Source of the DNA: an uncultured Nitratifractor sp.
Lineage (GTDB): Bacteria > Campylobacterota > Campylobacteria > Campylobacterales > Sulfurovaceae
NCBI GenBank assembly: GCA_964500335.1
Contig: CAZCOI010000060.1
Span: 1 to 56,513 of the forward strand
DNA length: 56,513 nt
Direction: 5' to 3'
Shown here: positions 19,437 through 29,675 of the stretch, one piece after another
Layout: each line of letters begins with the position of its first letter
Numbering within the stretch: position 1 is the first letter of the stretch
Notes under the pieces: model-generated
What the model saw: only the letters and a program-made list of their open reading frames with translations
Database searches by the model: none
Told to the model about the DNA's origin: nothing
Program-made: the position numbers and the translations under genes

Positions 19437-20333
19437 GTGTTAGAGGCAGTTGAGAGAAAGATAAACCAATATATTTTAGATTTAGAGGATAAAGATATTG
19501 CCTCGATAATTTCTAAAATTCCTGCTGGTAAAAGACTTAGAGCAAGATTGATGCTAGAGATTGCTGGAGATAGTTTAGTTGTAGTTAAAAGTGCGGCAAT
19601 TGTAGAGATGATACATGCGGCAAGTCTTTTACATGATGATGTAATTGATGATGCATATACTAGAAGAGGAGTTGCTTCTATTAATGCACTTTTTGGAAAT
19701 AAAAGTGCTATTATGGTGGGTGATATTTTATACTCAAAAGCTTTTTATGAGCTTGTAGATATAGATAGAGAGGTAGCAAGAATTATCTCAAATGCTGTTG
19801 TTAAATTAAGTATTGGCGAGAGAAGAGATGTAGCTTTATCAGATAGTTTTAATACAAATGTTGATGAGTATAAAACAATGATTTACCAAAAGACAGCGGC
19901 ATTAATAGAGGCGGCTAGTGAATCGGCGGCAATTTTAGCAAAGAAAGATAGAGAGATTTATAAAACTTATGGTAGAAATTTAGGGATTGCATTTCAGATG
20001 ATTGATGATATTTTAGATATTATATCAGATGAAAAGAGTCTTGGAAAGCCTGCACTTAATGATTTTGTAGAGGGTAAGACAACTTTGCCATATATTTATT
20101 TATATAATGAATTAGACTCAAATGATAAAGAGAGACTAAAATCTATGCATAAAAGAGTCTTAAATAAAGATGAGCAAAATTGGGTTTTAGGTAAATTTAA
20201 AGAGCATAATATTATTCAAAAAGCAAAAGATGAAGCGTTTAGTTTAGTAAATGAAGCGATAGATTTGATGCAAAAAGCTGGAGAGAAAGGTTTAGAGACA
20301 ATAGCTATTAAAATGGTTGATAGGAGCTTTTAA
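19437..20333 (+). CDS. ispB: Polyprenyl (octaprenyl-type) diphosphate synthase
   Basis: First and second Asp-rich motifs LLHDDVIDD and QMIDDILD. GTG start. Confidence 0.9.
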   Translation: MLEAVERKINQYILDLEDKDIASIISKIPAGKRLRARLMLEIAGDSLVVVKSAAIVEMIHAASLLHDDVIDDAYTRRGVASINALFGNKSAIMVGDILYSKAFYELVDIDREVARIISNAVVKLSIGERRDVALSDSFNTNVDEYKTMIYQKTAALIEAASESAAILAKKDREIYKTYGRNLGIAFQMIDDILDIISDEKSLGKPALNDFVEGKTTLPYIYLYNELDSNDKERLKSMHKRVLNKDEQNWVLGKFKEHNIIQKAKDEAFSLVNEAIDLMQKAGEKGLETIAIKMVDRSF

Positions 20334-21611
20334 GTGTATTATATGGTTGTTAGTTTTAACTATAAACAGTGTTCGCTTGAGCAAAGAGAGTCTATTGCTT
20401 TTAAAAATGATAATGAAATAAAAGAGTTTTTGAATACTTTAACTGATTTTGAGTTTATTACAGAGGCATTTGTAATAAATACATGCAATAGAGTAGAAAT
20501 AGTAGTAGCAAGTAGAGATAATTTTGCAACATATCATGCAATTTTAGGAATTTTAAGTAAAACAAAGGGTGTAAACTTTTATACTTTAGAAAAGAGTGCA
20601 AAAAGATATGAAGAGAATGAAGCAATTGAGCATATCTTTAAAGTTGTCTCTTCGCTTGACTCTATGGTTGTTGGTGAGGCTCAAATAACAGGGCAGGTTA
20701 AAGAGGCTTTTAGATTGTCTTTTAATAATAAAACTGCTGGAAAAGAGCTAAATAGAGTAATTAGTTATGCAACTAAATGTGCAGCTGAAGTTAGAAACTC
20801 TACAAATATATCTGAACATCCAATATCTATTGCATCTGTTGCAGTTGCTCAAGCAGAAGAGGAGCTTGAGTCTTTATCTGGAATGGTTGGAGTAGTTATT
20901 GGAACAGGTGAAATGGGAAAACTTGCTACTAAACATCTTCTTAGAGCTGGTGCGGATGTATTGCTAGTATCGAGAAATAAAGAGAATGCTATTGCTCTTG
21001 CTAATGAGCTTGGAGAGAATGTTAAAGTAGGTAGTTTTGAGAAGATTTCAACCTATATAAATAAATATAGATTGCTATTTAGCGCTACAGCTTCAAAAGA
21101 GCCTATTATTACACAAGAGATGGTAGAGCCAAAAAGTATAAAAAGATTATGGTTTGATATGGCAATTCCAAGAGATATAGATAAAAATATAAAAGATAGT
21201 AAAATTAAAATATATTATATAGATGATTTGCAAGCAATTTCAAAAAATAATCACTCTCTTAGAAAAGAGCAAGCAATAATAGCTTATGATATTGTAAAAA
21301 AGTATAAAGATGAGTTTTTAAAATGGCTTCAGGCACTCTCTGTTGAGCCTGTAATCAAACAGATGAGATTAAATATTGAACAAATTGTAAAAGAGGAGAC
21401 TCAAAGAGTCATAAAAAAAGGGTATTTGCCAAAAGAGTATAAAGATAATATTGAATATATGGCATTACAACTTTTTGATAAATTTTTACACAAACCTACA
21501 AAAAATATGAGAGCAATATCTAAAGAGAATGAAGGTATTGAGATTATAGAGGCAATTCAAGAGATATTTGAGATAGATACTAAAAGTATTGATTTAAAAA
21601 AATATAAATAA
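20334..21611 (+). CDS. hemA: Glutamyl-tRNA reductase
   Basis: NTCNRVE active-site Cys motif, SLDSMVVGEAQI, and the NADPH-binding GTGEMG. Confidence 0.94.
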   Translation: MYYMVVSFNYKQCSLEQRESIAFKNDNEIKEFLNTLTDFEFITEAFVINTCNRVEIVVASRDNFATYHAILGILSKTKGVNFYTLEKSAKRYEENEAIEHIFKVVSSLDSMVVGEAQITGQVKEAFRLSFNNKTAGKELNRVISYATKCAAEVRNSTNISEHPISIASVAVAQAEEELESLSGMVGVVIGTGEMGKLATKHLLRAGADVLLVSRNKENAIALANELGENVKVGSFEKISTYINKYRLLFSATASKEPIITQEMVEPKSIKRLWFDMAIPRDIDKNIKDSKIKIYYIDDLQAISKNNHSLRKEQAIIAYDIVKKYKDEFLKWLQALSVEPVIKQMRLNIEQIVKEETQRVIKKGYLPKEYKDNIEYMALQLFDKFLHKPTKNMRAISKENEGIEIIEAIQEIFEIDTKSIDLKKYK

Positions 21612-21620
21612 AGGAATATT

Positions 21621-23339
21621 ATGCGTTTTTCAGAAGCTTTTATTTTTACATCTAAAGAGGCTCCAAATGATGCTGTAATACCAAGCCATATATATTTAAT
21701 AAGAGGTGGATTTATACAAAGTGTTGGTGCAGGTTTATATAATTTTTTGCCACTTGGAAAAAGAGTTTTAGATAAAATTAGAGCAATTACTAAAGAGGAG
21801 TTAGATAAGGCAGGGTGCCAAGAGGTTGATTTAGCATTTGTAACTCCTAGTGAGTTTTGGAAAGAGAGTGGTAGATTTGAAAAGTATGGTAAAGAGCTTT
21901 TAAGATTTAAAGATAGAAAAGATGCAGAGTATGTTTTAGGGCCAACTCATGAAGAGATGATGGTAAATCTTGTAAGAAGCTATGTAAAGAGCTATAAGCA
22001 ACTTCCTATAAATTTATATCAGATAAAAACAAAATTTAGAGATGAGATAAGACCTCGTTTTGGTTTAATGAGAGGTAGAGAATTTTTAATGAAAGATGGC
22101 TATAGCTTCCATAAAGATGAAGAAGATATGATTAAAAATGGCTTTAATAAAATGGAAGAGGCATATAGTAATATTTTTAAAAGATTAGGGCTTGATTTTA
22201 GAATTGTAGAGGCTGATAGTGGTGCAATTGGAGGGAGTGGCAGTAAGGAGTTTATGGCATTAGCTGATAGTGGTGAAGATACCTTAGTAGTTTGTAAAGA
22301 GTGTGATTATGGTGCAAATATAGAAGCGGCTATTAGAAAACCTAAAATTGCTCCTTTAGTTAAAGATAAAGAAGAGATTGTTGAGATGACATATGGGAAA
22401 TTCTATACACCAGATATTAAAACAATAGATGACTTAGCAAATTTTTTCCATATAGATAAATTTTATACAATTAAAGCTGTAGCTAAAAAAGCTCTTTATG
22501 ATGGAGGAGAAGAAAGAATTGTACTATTTTTTGTTAGAGGTAGTGATGAGTTAGAGGAGACAAAAGCTTGCAATGCAGTTGAAGCCAATGAATTAGTAGA
22601 TGTAAGTGAAGAGGAGTTAATAAAGGCTGGTTTAACACCAGGATTTATTGGGTTTGAGAATTTACCAAAAGATATAACTTATGTTATAGATAGTGAGTTA
22701 AAAGGGCAAAGCAACTTAATTTGTGGAGCTAATGAGAAAGATTACCATATGGTTGGTGTTAAAGTTTCAGAAGATGAAAATTTTAGAGATTTAATTGCTG
22801 TTCAAGAGGGTGATAGATGTGCTAAGTGTGGCGGAGAGCTTTATTATACAAAAGGTATTGAAATTGGTCATATTTTTCAACTAGGCACAAGATATTCTAA
22901 GCCTTTAAAAGCTGAATTTTTAGATGAAAACGGTAAAAGTAAACCTTTTGTGATGGGTACATATGGTATTGGAATTTCAAGATTATTAGCCGCAATAATT
23001 GAACAGCACCATGATGATAAAGGGTGTATCTGGACTAAGAGTACTTCTCCATTTGATATAGAGATAATTATTTCAAATATAAAAAATAGTGAAGAGAAAG
23101 AGCTAGGAGAGAATTTATATAAAGAGCTTCAAGATAGAGGTTTAGAAGTATTATTAGATGATAGAAAAGAGCGTTTTGGCTTTAAGATTAAAGATTATGA
23201 GTTAATTGGTATTAATTATGCAATAATTGTTGGTAAAAAGATAAAAGATGGTATAGTTGAGATTGTAGATAGAAAGAGCTTGCAAAAAGAGGAAGTTGAT
23301 ATCAACAGTGTAGTATCAAGAGTTTTGGAGCTTATTTAG
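21621..23339 (+). CDS. proS: Proline--tRNA ligase (bacterial type with editing insertion)
   Basis: Class II motifs ([41 protein letters not shown]). 572 aa including the INS domain. Confidence 0.95.
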   Translation: MRFSEAFIFTSKEAPNDAVIPSHIYLIRGGFIQSVGAGLYNFLPLGKRVLDKIRAITKEELDKAGCQEVDLAFVTPSEFWKESGRFEKYGKELLRFKDRKDAEYVLGPTHEEMMVNLVRSYVKSYKQLPINLYQIKTKFRDEIRPRFGLMRGREFLMKDGYSFHKDEEDMIKNGFNKMEEAYSNIFKRLGLDFRIVEADSGAIGGSGSKEFMALADSGEDTLVVCKECDYGANIEAAIRKPKIAPLVKDKEEIVEMTYGKFYTPDIKTIDDLANFFHIDKFYTIKAVAKKALYDGGEERIVLFFVRGSDELEETKACNAVEANELVDVSEEELIKAGLTPGFIGFENLPKDITYVIDSELKGQSNLICGANEKDYHMVGVKVSEDENFRDLIAVQEGDRCAKCGGELYYTKGIEIGHIFQLGTRYSKPLKAEFLDENGKSKPFVMGTYGIGISRLLAAIIEQHHDDKGCIWTKSTSPFDIEIIISNIKNSEEKELGENLYKELQDRGLEVLLDDRKERFGFKIKDYELIGINYAIIVGKKIKDGIVEIVDRKSLQKEEVDINSVVSRVLELI

Positions 23340-23758
23340 TGATATATATTTTAGCATATTTTATTATTGAATTTTTAGTATCTATTAAGTTTGGTATAGC
23401 TATTGGATTTGGATGGAGTGTAGTTTGGGTATTATTAACTTCAATTGTTGGAGTAATTTTATTAAGATTGTCTCCATATGCAATAATGGATAGCTTCCAA
23501 AAGATAGGTTTTGATAAATTTAATGTAATAAGTGCACAAAATGCGGCTATCTCTTATGTACTTGGTGCTATACTTTTAATTGTACCTGGAGTTTTTAGCG
23601 ATTTTTTGGGGATATTATTGTTGTGTTACACAATTTATCTAAGATTCTTTGCTAAAATACCAAATATTGATAATAAATTTAAAAATAATAAAGGAGATGA
23701 CGATGTCATTGATGTTGAAATTATCGACTCTAGCGATGATAAGCACATTAATTCTTAA
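23339..23758 (+). CDS. fxsA: FxsA family membrane protein
   Basis: Three TM segments with the characteristic LLI.PG..SD..G..LL motif, and an acidic C-terminal tail. Confidence 0.8.
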   Translation: MIYILAYFIIEFLVSIKFGIAIGFGWSVVWVLLTSIVGVILLRLSPYAIMDSFQKIGFDKFNVISAQNAAISYVLGAILLIVPGVFSDFLGILLLCYTIYLRFFAKIPNIDNKFKNNKGDDDVIDVEIIDSSDDKHINS

Positions 23759-24530
23759 TGCAGAGTTTAATTTAGAAGAGTATGTTAAAAAAGATTTAGT
23801 AACAAATCCAAATGTAAAGGTTGAAAAAGTAAAACTTTTAACAACTAAAGATATAAAAGATCATCCAAATTGGAAAGTATATCTTTTTGTAATGGATTTA
23901 AGTGTTCGTGGTAAAAAAGATAGATATCCACAAAATTTGTTTGTAAATGAAAAAGAGGGTATTACAACTACATCTTTATATGATTATAAAAATCATGAAC
24001 CAATTGCAAGAGATATAAGACCTGATTTAACTGATGCTTATTATAATGATGAACATCTAATTGCGGGTAAAAAAGATGCTCCTCATAAGTTGGTAGTATT
24101 TTCAGACCCTCAATGCCCTTTTTGTATTCAAAATGTACCAGGTATATATAAAGCAGTAAAAGAGAATCCAGATACTTTTGCACTATATTATTATCATATG
24201 CCATTACTTAAACTTCATCCGGTGTCTGATACTTTAACAAAAGTTATGGAGGCTCTTCAAAAAAGAGGTAAAATTGATGATGCTATGAAAATGTATGAAT
24301 TGAAGATATCTCCAATGCAAAGGGATGAAAAAAAGATTTTAGCTGAGGTTAAAAAACAGTTAAATATAGATATTTCATCAGAAGAGATTAATAAACCTGA
24401 GATTAAAGAGCAGATAAAAAAAGATATGAATATGGGAATAGATGTAATGCTTAGAGGTACGCCAACAGTATATATTGATGGTAAGTTTGACCCAGATGTA
24501 ACATCATATAAAAAATTTTTAAAGAAGTAG
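23703..24530 (+). CDS. Periplasmic DsbA/DsbG-family thiol:disulfide oxidoreductase
   Basis: Signal peptide MSLMLKLSTLAMISTLILNA, thioredoxin-fold CPFC active site (FSDPQCPFC), and the cis-Pro loop GTPTVYIDG. Start chosen at ATG 23703 (AAGGAG 6 nt upstream). Confidence 0.85.
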   Translation: MSLMLKLSTLAMISTLILNAEFNLEEYVKKDLVTNPNVKVEKVKLLTTKDIKDHPNWKVYLFVMDLSVRGKKDRYPQNLFVNEKEGITTTSLYDYKNHEPIARDIRPDLTDAYYNDEHLIAGKKDAPHKLVVFSDPQCPFCIQNVPGIYKAVKENPDTFALYYYHMPLLKLHPVSDTLTKVMEALQKRGKIDDAMKMYELKISPMQRDEKKILAEVKKQLNIDISSEEINKPEIKEQIKKDMNMGIDVMLRGTPTVYIDGKFDPDVTSYKKFLKK

Positions 24531-24531
24531 T

Positions 24532-25488
24532 ATGAAAAAAAAGGTAGTTATAGCAACAAGAGAGAGTCAATTGGCTCTATGGCAAGCTTATCATATAGAA
24601 GAGAGATTAAAAGAGCTTTTTAGCGATATTGAAATAGAGATTAATAAAATGACAAGCAAAGGTGATGTTATTTTAGATAAACCTTTAGCTTTAATTGGCG
24701 GTAAAGGGCATTTTACAAAAGAGCTTGAAGATGCTATGCTTGAGGGTAGGGCAAACTTAGCGGTTCATTCGCTAAAAGATGTTCCTACTTTTATACCAAA
24801 GGGGTTAAAACTTGCGGCTGTAACTAAAAGAGAAGATCAAAGTGATTTACTTTTATCTTATAAATATAAAAGTTTTGAGGATTTGCCAAAAGGTGCAGTG
24901 GTTGGAACTACAAGTTTAAGACGTAGAATGCAGATTTTAGCAAAAAGAGAAGATTTAATAGTAAAAGATTTAAGAGGTAATGTAAATACAAGGCTTAGAA
25001 AGCTAAAAGAGGGTCAATACGATGCTATTATTCTTGCATATATTGGATTAAAAAGATTAGATTTAATTAAAGATATTCCATATACTCAAAAATTAGATTT
25101 TATGATTCCACCTATGGGTCAAGCCGCACTTGGTATTGAGATAGTTGATAATGACTCTTTTTTAGAAGAGATTGCAGATGCATTAAATGATAAAAATACA
25201 TTTATTGCAACAAAAGTTGAAAGAGATTTTATATCTAAAATTGGTGCTGGATGTTCGGCTCCTGTTGCTGTAAATGCTAAAGTTGAAGATAATAGAGTAA
25301 GTGTAGTTGCTTTAATTGGTTTGGTTGATGGAAGTAAAATTTTAAAACACTCACTAAGTTGTGATATAAAAGATTATGAGAGTTTAGGTGAGAAATTAGC
25401 TAATTTAATGATAAAAGATGGAGCAAAAGAGTTACTAAAAGAGGCTGAAGAGAGTGCATTTAAAGAGTATAGACCAGATAGGATTTAA
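24532..25488 (+). CDS. hemC: Hydroxymethylbilane synthase (porphobilinogen deaminase)
   Basis: IATRESQLALWQA, GTTSLRR, LRGNV.TRL and GAGCSAPV (cofactor Cys). Confidence 0.95.
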   Translation: MKKKVVIATRESQLALWQAYHIEERLKELFSDIEIEINKMTSKGDVILDKPLALIGGKGHFTKELEDAMLEGRANLAVHSLKDVPTFIPKGLKLAAVTKREDQSDLLLSYKYKSFEDLPKGAVVGTTSLRRRMQILAKREDLIVKDLRGNVNTRLRKLKEGQYDAIILAYIGLKRLDLIKDIPYTQKLDFMIPPMGQAALGIEIVDNDSFLEEIADALNDKNTFIATKVERDFISKIGAGCSAPVAVNAKVEDNRVSVVALIGLVDGSKILKHSLSCDIKDYESLGEKLANLMIKDGAKELLKEAEESAFKEYRPDRI

Positions 25489-25882
25489 GTTACTACTTTT
25501 TTTTATTGTTTTGGTATTGAGTGGATGTAAAGATCCTAAAGTAAATTTTTATGATAAATCTTTACATAGTAAAAAATTGGATTGTTTAAGTTATAAACCA
25601 AAAAATAGTAATGAAATTGACAAATATTTAGAGACTTTATATAAATTTGATACAAATTGTCCAAGCAGATTGGAGTTATCTTATAAATCTGATATTGTTT
25701 GTAATAGTAGTTTTAATGCGGCTGATAAAACATTATCTTCATTTCCTACAGCTTATTTAAAATTGGAGGTTTTTAAAGGTTTTAATCTTCAATATAGCTA
25801 TTATGTAGATTTAAATTCAAAGCCATCAACAAGCGATATTAAAGAGGCTTTTGATAGATTAAAAAAAGATATTTTAAAATAG
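25454..25882 (+). CDS. Hypothetical lipoprotein
   Basis: LLLFFIVLVLSGC lipobox after a GTG start that overlaps hemC by 35 nt. No family recognised and the start is uncertain. Confidence 0.5.
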   Translation: MHLKSIDQIGFKLLLFFIVLVLSGCKDPKVNFYDKSLHSKKLDCLSYKPKNSNEIDKYLETLYKFDTNCPSRLELSYKSDIVCNSSFNAADKTLSSFPTAYLKLEVFKGFNLQYSYYVDLNSKPSTSDIKEAFDRLKKDILK

Positions 25883-25883
25883 T

Positions 25884-26411
25884 CTAATTTTTTAGCTCAT
25901 TTGACATCGCCTCATAGAGCTCTTTTGGATTAAAGTCTAAAATAGGCTCTTTATAAATTATGCTAGGAACAATCTCTAAAAGAATATGCATAACTATTAT
26001 CATAGGATAAAATATTTTAAATTCAATTTGAAAACTTTTTGGTTTATAATGATTTTTAAACCATTTTATAGCACTTTCTACTCCATTATGTGCTAAAAGT
26101 AGTTCAATTGAGAATGCAAATCCCCATACAATATAGGTTAAAAATATAGCAATTATTCCGGCTTTTATTCCAAGCAAAGATATAATAGCGGCTAAAATAA
26201 TTGCTAGCATTACGCTAAACTCTTTAAATCCATGCCAAAGTACTATAAGTGTAACAGATGCTATAAAAAGAACTGCAAAAAAATATATTATTGAATTAAA
26301 AAAGTTTTGTTTTTGGGTATATGTAGGGCTTGTATATATACCTAATATTAAAATTATGACTATTAAAAAAGATAATCCTAATAGTATATTAAAATCTCTA
26401 TTTTTAAACAT
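25884..26411 (-). CDS. Hypothetical integral membrane protein (about 5 TM segments)
   Basis: 175 aa with consecutive hydrophobic segments. AAGG lies upstream of the ATG. No family recognised. Confidence 0.55.
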   Translation of the reverse strand: MFKNRDFNILLGLSFLIVIILILGIYTSPTYTQKQNFFNSIIYFFAVLFIASVTLIVLWHGFKEFSVMLAIILAAIISLLGIKAGIIAIFLTYIVWGFAFSIELLLAHNGVESAIKWFKNHYKPKSFQIEFKIFYPMIIVMHILLEIVPSIIYKEPILDFNPKELYEAMSNELKN

Positions 26412-26499
26412 ATATTACCTTTTTTGATATATTTATAACTCATTATAGCTTAAAAAGCAAAGGAGAGATAGCTGTTTTGGTTAATTGGTATATTTGGGT

Positions 26500-26667
26500 G
26501 AAGAGTTGAGGGTTAAGGGTTAAGAGCTAAGAGTTAAGGGTTAAGAGTTGAGGGTTGAGGATAGCTTAGTGTTTAGAATTTAGAATTAAGGATTTAGTTT
26601 TAGCTTAAAAAATCCTTATTAGCCTATAGAGCTTTAGGCTTAGTGCTTATAGCTTATGGCTTATTTT
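26500..26667. repeat. Array A: about 24 degenerate tandem heptads (TRAGRGT -> NNTTTAG -> TTAKNGC)
   Basis: Read directly. A 7-nt register is held for 168 nt, G-rich and C-poor on the + strand. A TGGTATATT box lies at 26486-26494. Internal hairpins at 26588-26617 and 26620-26641. Confidence 0.85.
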
Positions 26668-26675
26668 AGTTAAAC

Positions 26676-28622
26676 TTAAGATTTAATATCGTAAAGTTTA
26701 ATAAGTGCATTAGTTTTTGGGCGGCGGTTTAGCCAATCTTTGTAAAGTTTGCTCATATCTTTAAGAGCTCCTTTTTCCAAGATATATTCTTTATACTCTT
26801 TTGCTCTTTTTAGATTAAAATCACTATTATCTAAGCATTCAAAAAATGCATCAGCGCTAAATACTTCTGCCCATTTATAGCTATAGTATCCAGCAGAATA
26901 GCCACCAGCAAATATATGTGAAAATCCATGCTCAAAACGAACATAACTAGGAGGTTTTATTAGTGAAGTATCTTCTCTTATTTGATTTAATAGATTATTT
27001 ACTTCATCTCCTTGGTATAGTTTTTGGTGTAGTTTAAAGTCGAATATTGAAAATTCTAATTGTCTTAACATACCAAGAGCGGCTTGAAAGTTTTTACTAT
27101 CTTTTATCTTTTTAAGAAGTGTGTTAGGGATTGGTTTATCTGTTTTATAATGATATGCAAACTCTTTTAAAATAGCCTCTTCATAGGCAAAGTTTTCTAA
27201 AAATTGTGATGGAAACTCTACAACATCCCAAGCGACCCCTTCTATACCGCTAATTGAGCGCTCTGTAACTTTACTAAATAGATGATGAATTGCATGTCCC
27301 ATTTCATGAAATAAAGTTACAACATCATCATGTCTTAAAAGAGAAGGTGTATCTTTTGAGCTTGGAGCAAAATTTGCTACTACAAATGCTGAAGCTAAAT
27401 TGGTTTTACCATTACTATTTATATAGTGGCTTTGCCAGTTGTGCATCCAAGCTCCTCCTCTTTTAGAGGCTCTAGCTTCTAAATCAAAATATATTCTAGC
27501 AATAGTCTTTTTATCTTCTAAAATATCATATACTTTTACACTTTCATGCCAAGTTGGGGTATTGGCTTTAATAAATTCTACATTAAAGAGTCTGCTAATT
27601 AAATTTAGCATTCCTTTAAGTACTCTATTTAATTCAAAGTAGGGTTTTGTTAAAGATTCATCAAAATCAAATTTTTCTTCTTTTAACTTTTGGCTATAGT
27701 ATGCTACATCAAAAGGCTTTAGCTCTGTTAAGTTATCTATTTTTTTGGCATACTCTTGTAGCTCTTTTATTTCATTGATTGCTTGTTTTTTAGAGGCATT
27801 TAATAGTTCATATAAAAATTCTAAAACCTCTTCTTGGGTTGATGCATCTCTTTTTTCTAAAGCATATTGTGCATAGTTTTTAAATCCTAAGAGATTTGCT
27901 TTTTGCATTTTTAATTTTAAGATTTCATCAATTACTTCTTGATTTTGAGGTGCTCTAGTATTGTAGGCTTTGTATAGTTTTTCTCTTATTTTTCTGTTTG
28001 GTCCATATGTTAAGTAGGCAATATAACTTGGCATTTGTAGGGTAAAGCGCCATTTAGTTTTGCCATCTTCGTTAAATTTAGCTAGTTCTAAATCATTTTT
28101 GGGGATTCCTTCTACATCTTTTGGGTCAGTTATTATTAACTCAAAAGCATTGGTTGCATCTAGTAGATTTTGACTAAATTTATTGCTAAGATTACTTAGG
28201 TTTAAATTTATCTCTTCTAGCTTTTCTTTATCTTTTTTGTTTAGTGTGGCCCCTGCTAATTTAAAATCTTTTATCTCTAAATCTAAAACTCTTTGCTCCA
28301 CAAAATTGTTTGCTTTTATTGATTTAATTTTATTGTAAAGCTCTTCATGTTTTGTAATAAAGCTTGCAAATTTTGATAATAGTGGAATTGATTTTTCATA
28401 AGCTTCTTGAGTCTCCTTAGAATTTAATACGCTATTTAGATGGGATAGAGGAGTAAAAAATCTATCTAACTCTTCACTTAAATCTTCTAATTTTTTAATA
28501 CTTTCTTGATAAGAGGTAGCGTTTTTTGCAATATTATTTACCTCTTTTTTTTGTTTGTCTAATAAATTTTCTAATTTGGTTGGAAAATCTTTTATATTAT
28601 CTACTCTAAAATCTATAAACAT
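26676..28622 (-). CDS. prlC: M3 family oligopeptidase A
   Basis: Zinc motif FHEMGHAIHH with the downstream E (VEFPSQ). 648 aa, typical M3A length. Confidence 0.9.
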   Translation of the reverse strand: MFIDFRVDNIKDFPTKLENLLDKQKKEVNNIAKNATSYQESIKKLEDLSEELDRFFTPLSHLNSVLNSKETQEAYEKSIPLLSKFASFITKHEELYNKIKSIKANNFVEQRVLDLEIKDFKLAGATLNKKDKEKLEEINLNLSNLSNKFSQNLLDATNAFELIITDPKDVEGIPKNDLELAKFNEDGKTKWRFTLQMPSYIAYLTYGPNRKIREKLYKAYNTRAPQNQEVIDEILKLKMQKANLLGFKNYAQYALEKRDASTQEEVLEFLYELLNASKKQAINEIKELQEYAKKIDNLTELKPFDVAYYSQKLKEEKFDFDESLTKPYFELNRVLKGMLNLISRLFNVEFIKANTPTWHESVKVYDILEDKKTIARIYFDLEARASKRGGAWMHNWQSHYINSNGKTNLASAFVVANFAPSSKDTPSLLRHDDVVTLFHEMGHAIHHLFSKVTERSISGIEGVAWDVVEFPSQFLENFAYEEAILKEFAYHYKTDKPIPNTLLKKIKDSKNFQAALGMLRQLEFSIFDFKLHQKLYQGDEVNNLLNQIREDTSLIKPPSYVRFEHGFSHIFAGGYSAGYYSYKWAEVFSADAFFECLDNSDFNLKRAKEYKEYILEKGALKDMSKLYKDWLNRRPKTNALIKLYDIKS

Positions 28623-28695
28623 TTTAATCCTTATGTTATAATGTTAAACTTTTTGGGTAAAATACTACAAAAATAATTAAAGTAAGGATAATATT

Positions 28696-29142
28696 ATGAA
28701 AGTACTATTAATAAAAGATGTAAAAAGTTTAGGTAAAGCTGGTGAAGTAAAAGAGGTAAAAGATGGATATGGACAAAATTTTTTAATAAAAAAAGGGTTT
28801 GCAAAACTAGCTACACCAGAAGTTTTAAAAGAGTATGAGGAGCAAAAAGCAAAAGAAGAGGCAAAATTAAAAGCTGAAATTGAGAAATTAAATGGATATA
28901 AAGAGAAGATTGAAGCAAAAACTTTAAAAATAGAGAGACAAAGAGCTCCAATTGGAATTAAAGGTTCTGTTACTAATGCTTGTATTGCAGAAGAGTTAAA
29001 AAAACAGTGGGATATAGATATAGATAAAAAATCAATCAACTTAAAAAAAGCTATAAAAGCAGAAGGTTTGCATGATATAGATATTAAATTAGGGCATGGC
29101 ATTCATGCAAATTTAAAAGTTGAAGTTGTTGGAGTTGAATAA
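28696..29142 (+). CDS. rplI: 50S ribosomal protein L9
   Basis: [32 protein letters not shown]-domain, long connecting helix and C-domain. Confidence 0.95.
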   Translation: MKVLLIKDVKSLGKAGEVKEVKDGYGQNFLIKKGFAKLATPEVLKEYEEQKAKEEAKLKAEIEKLNGYKEKIEAKTLKIERQRAPIGIKGSVTNACIAEELKKQWDIDIDKKSINLKKAIKAEGLHDIDIKLGHGIHANLKVEVVGVE

Positions 29143-29675
29143 TGTTTAAAGCTACTACTATATTAGCTTATAAGAGTGATAAAGGTGCTGTAATTGGTGG
29201 CGATGGTCAAGTAACTTTTGGTAATGCAATATTAAAAGGGAATGCTACTAAGATAAGAACTTTGTATGATGGTAAGGTATTAGCTGGGTTTGCTGGAAGT
29301 ACAGCAGATGCCTTTAGGCTTTTTGATATGTTTGAAGCAATTTTAAGTGAAAAGAGGGGCGATTTACTAAAATCTGTAATTGAGTTTGCAAAGCAGTGGA
29401 GAGGAGATAAGCATCTAAGACAGCTAGAGGCTATGATGTTGGTACTTAATAAAGAGCATATCTTTATACTTAGTGGGACAGGTGATGTTGTAGAGCCAGA
29501 AGATGGAGAGTTAGCGGCTATTGGAAGTGGTGGTAATTTTGCTATTAGTGCGGCAAGAGCTCTTAAAAAACATAGTACTCTTTCTCCTCAAGAGCTTGTA
29601 AAAGAGAGCTTGCAAATTGCAGGTGAATTATGCATTTATACAAATACAAATATCAAAATATTGGAGTTGAAATAG
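29142..29675 (+). CDS. hslV: ATP-dependent protease subunit HslV
   Basis: N-terminal Thr nucleophile context ([10 protein letters not shown]), GDGQVT and GSGG motifs. Confidence 0.95.
   Translation: MFKATTILAYKSDKGAVIGGDGQVTFGNAILKGNATKIRTLYDGKVLAGFAGSTADAFRLFDMFEAILSEKRGDLLKSVIEFAKQWRGDKHLRQLEAMMLVLNKEHIFILSGTGDVVEPEDGELAAIGSGGNFAISAARALKKHSTLSPQELVKESLQIAGELCIYTNTNIKILELK

Noticed and set aside
26500-26667. Heptad array as a CRISPR array
   Set aside because: The repeat unit is 7 nt with no unique spacers, no 24-48 nt direct repeats, and no cas genes in the window.
26412-26675. Heptad array as a replication origin or iteron/DnaA-box cluster
   Set aside because: I saw no TTATCCACA-like DnaA boxes and no dnaA/dnaN nearby. 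The AT-rich unwinding context is no different from other spacers.
28677-29102. 141-aa minus-strand ORF covering rplI
   Set aside because: It is antisense to ribosomal protein L9. The Phe/Ser-rich product is the mirror image of the Lys/Glu-rich L9 sequence, a typical shadow ORF.
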